Below are positions 60,101 through 64,000 of a stretch of 64,000 nt of DNA, one piece after another. A program made the translations under genes and the position numbers. The stretch comes from the human T2T-CHM13v2.0 reference genome, Homo sapiens. Below the pieces are notes generated by a model. The model did no database searches, had not been told where the DNA came from, and saw only the letters and a program-made list of their open reading frames with translations. The stretch lies in assembly GCF_009914755.1 (NCBI RefSeq), contig NC_060926.1. One strand, written 5' to 3'. Positions within the stretch are counted from its first letter, which is position 1, and every line of letters starts with the position of its first letter.

Positions 60101-60348
60101 CTCTCATGAGCGGTGAATTAGGAGTGTCAAATGCATTTATTTTGCATAACTGTCCAAACAGTTCACGATAAGGACTATCAGTGCTTTCATGCTAAGGACT
60201 ATCAGTGTTCTCTATACTATTAGAAGTAGAGTCCTTGTGTTTTGGGGTCTAATAATATTAAGGAGCCAACTCCAGAAACCCCAAAACCAACGAAAGAACT
60301 CCATCCTTAATATTCTGTTCCTCTAGAACCACTCCTGGTATGAAAGTC
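57180..60348 (-). pseudogene. HERV-L internal region with a large gag-pol deletion; remnants of gag N-terminus, RNaseH, integrase and dUTPase
   Basis: gag RGKEFSDSIHNTFDHMWRTKE (59838-60107); RNaseH AWFTDGSA...SSQWAELRA (59066-59296); IN HGIPHSIVSDQ...LIEQWNGLLK (58260-58460); dUTPase-like SAGLDVLVPEG...IPLNWKL; decayed Leu-type PBS near 60325-60348. Confidence 0.92.
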
Positions 60349-60795
60349 TGTATTAGAGTTCTCTAGAGAAACAGAACTAATAGATATATCCATATATATG
60401 GATATATATAAAGGGGAGTTTATTAAGTATTAACTCACATGATCACAAGGTCCCACAATAGGTCTTCCTCAGGCTGAAGAGCAACAAGAGCCAGTCCGAG
60501 TTCCAAAACTGAAGAACCTAGAGTCTGATGTTCGAGGGCAGGAAGCATTCAGCATGGGAGAAAGATGTAGGCTGGGAGGTTAGGCCAGTCTCTCTTTTCA
60601 CATTTTTCTGTCGGCTTATAATCTAGCCATGCTGGCAGCTGATTAGATTGTGCCCACTCAGATTAAGAGTCTGCCTTTCCCAGCCCACTGACTCAATGGT
60701 GCATCTCCTTTGGCAACACCTTCATAGACACACCCAGGATCAATACTTTGTATCCTACAATCCAATCAAGTTGACACTCTGTATTAACCCTCACA
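60349..60795 (-). mobile_element. MLT2A1 5' LTR of nested HERV-L
   Basis: Direct repeat of 56742-57179; degenerate 5-bp TSD CTCGT/CCCAT; host pol resumes at GAAAGACAGTAGTGAA. Confidence 0.9.
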
Positions 60796-62909
60796 CCCAT
60801 GAAAGACAGTAGTGAAAGGAGACCTTCATAGTGGACAGAAGTTTGAGGAGTGCACCAGGTTGTTCATTTTGCTTGGAAGGAGAATGAGTCAAATATGTCA
60901 TTATATACTGATTCATGGCTGTGGCCCAGACTTGAGTCATTTGGCTGAATGGTCAAGTACTTAAAAGGAACACAGTTAGAAAATAGATGACAAGGAAACT
61001 TATGGGAGATGCATGTGAATAGGCCTCTCTTAATGGATAAAAACCATGAAGATATCTGTGTTTATGGTAATTCTCACCAAAGGGTGACTCAGTTGTGGAG
61101 AACTTAAATAATCAAGTGGATAGGACAACGCTTTGTGCAGATACCAGTCAGCTTCTTTCTCTAGTCATCCCTTGCATTGCCCTATGGGCTCCAGAGCAAT
61201 GTGTCCATGGTGGTTGGATAAAGGTGATACATGGGTTCAGAAACATGGACTTCCACTCTCTCAAACAAACCAGGCTGAAGCTATGGCTGAGTGTCTAATC
61301 AGCCAGCAGGAGAGACCAGCACTGAGCCCTTGATATGGCCTCATTCTCCTGGTGGATCAGCTTGATACCTGGTGGCAGGTTGCTTACATTGCACTGCTTC
61401 CATCACGGAATGGACGGTGTTCTGTTCTTAACTGAAATAGACACATACTCTCGATAAGGATTTACCCTCCCTGAACAACATGCTTCCAGTAAAACTACCA
61501 CTTGTGCACTTATAGAATGCCTATCTGCTGTCCTGGTATTCCACACTGCATTGCTTCTGATAAAAGAATTCACTTCACAGCAAAGGAAGAGTGGTAATGT
61601 TCCTAGCTCATGGAATTCACTTGTCTTAACATGTTTCTCACCACTCTCAAGCAGCTGGCTTGACAGAAGAATAGAATGACCTTTGAAGACACAGTTACAG
61701 CATCAGCTTGCTGGCAATACACTGTAGGGCAGAGTAAGATTCTCAGAAGACTTGTGCACTTTGAATTCGTGTCCAATATGATGCTCTTATCCCCAGCATT
61801 TCTATATAGTTACACTTATTAATGTTTTAGCAGGCTGACTTCTTTTAGAGCTTAGCCATGAAAAAGACTATATATCCAAAAGTCTATCAATATTTACAGT
61901 GTAGCCAGTATGTTACAAACCCACCATAATTCTTGTGTGGCTACTGTGTAATAGGCATCTCCATGTTGGAAGCCACAGAATGGCATAGGAAGACTCTGGA
62001 ATTTATTTGAATCCTAGTTCCAGCACATTTCAATGGTGAAATTTTGGGTAAGTCCAATGTGAGTATGATAATACATGAATATCTAAGCCCTATTTAATTT
62101 TCTCTTTTTCTTTCCCTAACTTGTTTCTTCTTTTTTCCTTTCTTCTGTCCTTCTTTTCTTTTTTTCTTTTCTTACCCACTTTTCATTTCTAGTTAGTGTC
62201 AGTAATACACCTGGCCCTGTATTCAGTGAAATGGATAAAAAAAAGTTAACTAACTAGGCTTGCTTCCTTGTAAAGTTAGGTGGGGATGTTTGCATATAAA
62301 TAAATCAATCTAGTGAAATTATAAGTGCAGTAACATTGCTAGTGAGTACACATTTTAGAAGGACAAATGTGAATGCAATCAACTTAGCTAACTGAAAGAG
62401 GGATGCCAAGAAAATATGGAAGAACAAACGGAATTTGAACAGGAATTTGAAGAATGGCAGGTGACTTCTAGGGGCTATAAGGCAATTTAATGGGGATGCT
62501 TTACTTGCTTTACTGATTTTTAGCAATTGGTTAAGCCAGCAGAAATTGGTTAAGTCTGGCAACATGCAAAACGTATCATTTTTCCAAAAAGAAAAACGTT
62601 TTGAAGTGAAAGAGAGGCACTTACTTGAAGCAGGCTGTTTCAGAGTTGGAGAACTCAATGATGCTCCAGTGAAAATACTAGAGAGAAGAAATTCTGGTCC
62701 TGTGTAAAATGTGAGCTCTTCATATTCCCTGTTTAATATGAATAATTGGATAATTACTATATCATAAGTGCAACAATAATAACAGCAAGATTATGGGGTG
62801 GTATGAAGAAGAAAGATGCAGATGAAGGAATCACACTAGATTTCCTAGAATTGATAATGCATAAACTGAGTTTTAAAAGATGAATATGAATTAGAAAGTT
62901 CAGCTTATG

Positions 62910-63236
<327 letters not shown>

Positions 63237-63276
63237 TTAAGGAGAAAAGCAGATAATGAAGGGCCTGTTTGTCATA

Positions 63277-63749
63277 CAGTAGTCCCCGCCTTATCCACAG
63301 AGGATAGATAATACTGAATCTTTTATATACTATATTTTTTCTTTAATATATGTATGTACCAATGATAAAGTTTAATTCATAAATTAGGTAAGAGATTGTA
63401 AGATTATAACTTATAATACAATAGAACAATTATAGCAACATGCTGTAATTAAAGTACGATAAAGTTTACTTGATCACAAATTCTGTGATGCTGCAGTCAA
63501 TCTGGTAACCGAGAAGGCTGTGAAGTAAGTATACAGCATGTATATGCTGGACAAAGGGATGATTCACGTCCTGGGTGAAGCAAAGCTGGACAGCACATGA
63601 TTTCATCACACTATTCAGAATCGTGTGTGCAATTTAAAACTTATGAATTGTTTATTTCTGGAATTTCCCATTTAATATTCTTGGACTGAGGTGGACTATG
63701 GGTAACTGAAATCTTGGAAAGTGAAACCTTGGATAAGGAGGGACTACTT
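63277..63749. mobile_element. MER44B-like (TcMar-Tigger) DNA transposon fossil
   Basis: TIRs CAGTAGTCCCCGCCTTATCC ... GGATAAGGAGGGACTACT flanked by TA. Confidence 0.85.
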
Positions 63750-64000
63750 TACTGAAGAACTTGAATTTTATAAAAGTAAAGGGGAGTGTGAGTTATTCCT
63801 GCTACATTTTTTAGAGGCTTCTATATTCTGGACAAGTTTTCTTGTGGTCTTGGTCCTCCGTGGGATTTATCTCTGCTCTTAGTATCTTCAGTTGCAACTG
63901 TCAGCTCTCCCTGAAGTAATTCCCCTGGACTCTCCCTGGCTCACCTAGTCCAGACTTTTGTGGGTACTCAGCTGGCTCATTTTGGTCCCAGTGGGTTCAT

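Noticed and set aside
59838-60107. HERV-L gag ORF as an Fv1-like co-opted restriction factor
   Set aside because: Short N-terminal fragment; upstream frame closed by a stop next to a small duplication (TAAGGACTATCAGTG x2 near 60169-60207); capsid deleted

Overview
AT-rich, repeat-dense primate genomic DNA. AluY/AluS, L1PA, THE1/MST and MLT2A1 copies point to human or another catarrhine; I cannot place the locus. I see no host protein-coding exon, tRNA, rRNA or CpG island. Every ORF I could assign lies in an Alu, L1, simple repeat or decayed ERV; the remainder resemble no protein I recognise. Main content: a cluster of ERV1/MER4-group solo LTRs (2-5.5 kb); a probable two-LTR MLT1 MaLR provirus (13.4-17.1 kb); LTR8A with a nested MER30; a 5'-truncated MER4 provirus (27.7-34.5 kb); Tigger3 and MER44/MER58 DNA-transposon fossils; and an ERV-L complex at 52.8-61.8 kb. 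In that complex an old ERV-L has an internally inverted pol and hosts an antisense, internally deleted HERV-L/MLT2A1 provirus that retains DUX4-type motifs. The most striking structure the repeat annotation does not explain is a 158-nt ungapped fold-back hairpin (44519-44676, 78-nt arms) created by an inverted duplication inside an LTR16. A second is a scrambled templated-insertion scar (50623-50823). Repeat family names come from my recall of consensus sequences and need RepeatMasker/Dfam confirmation.
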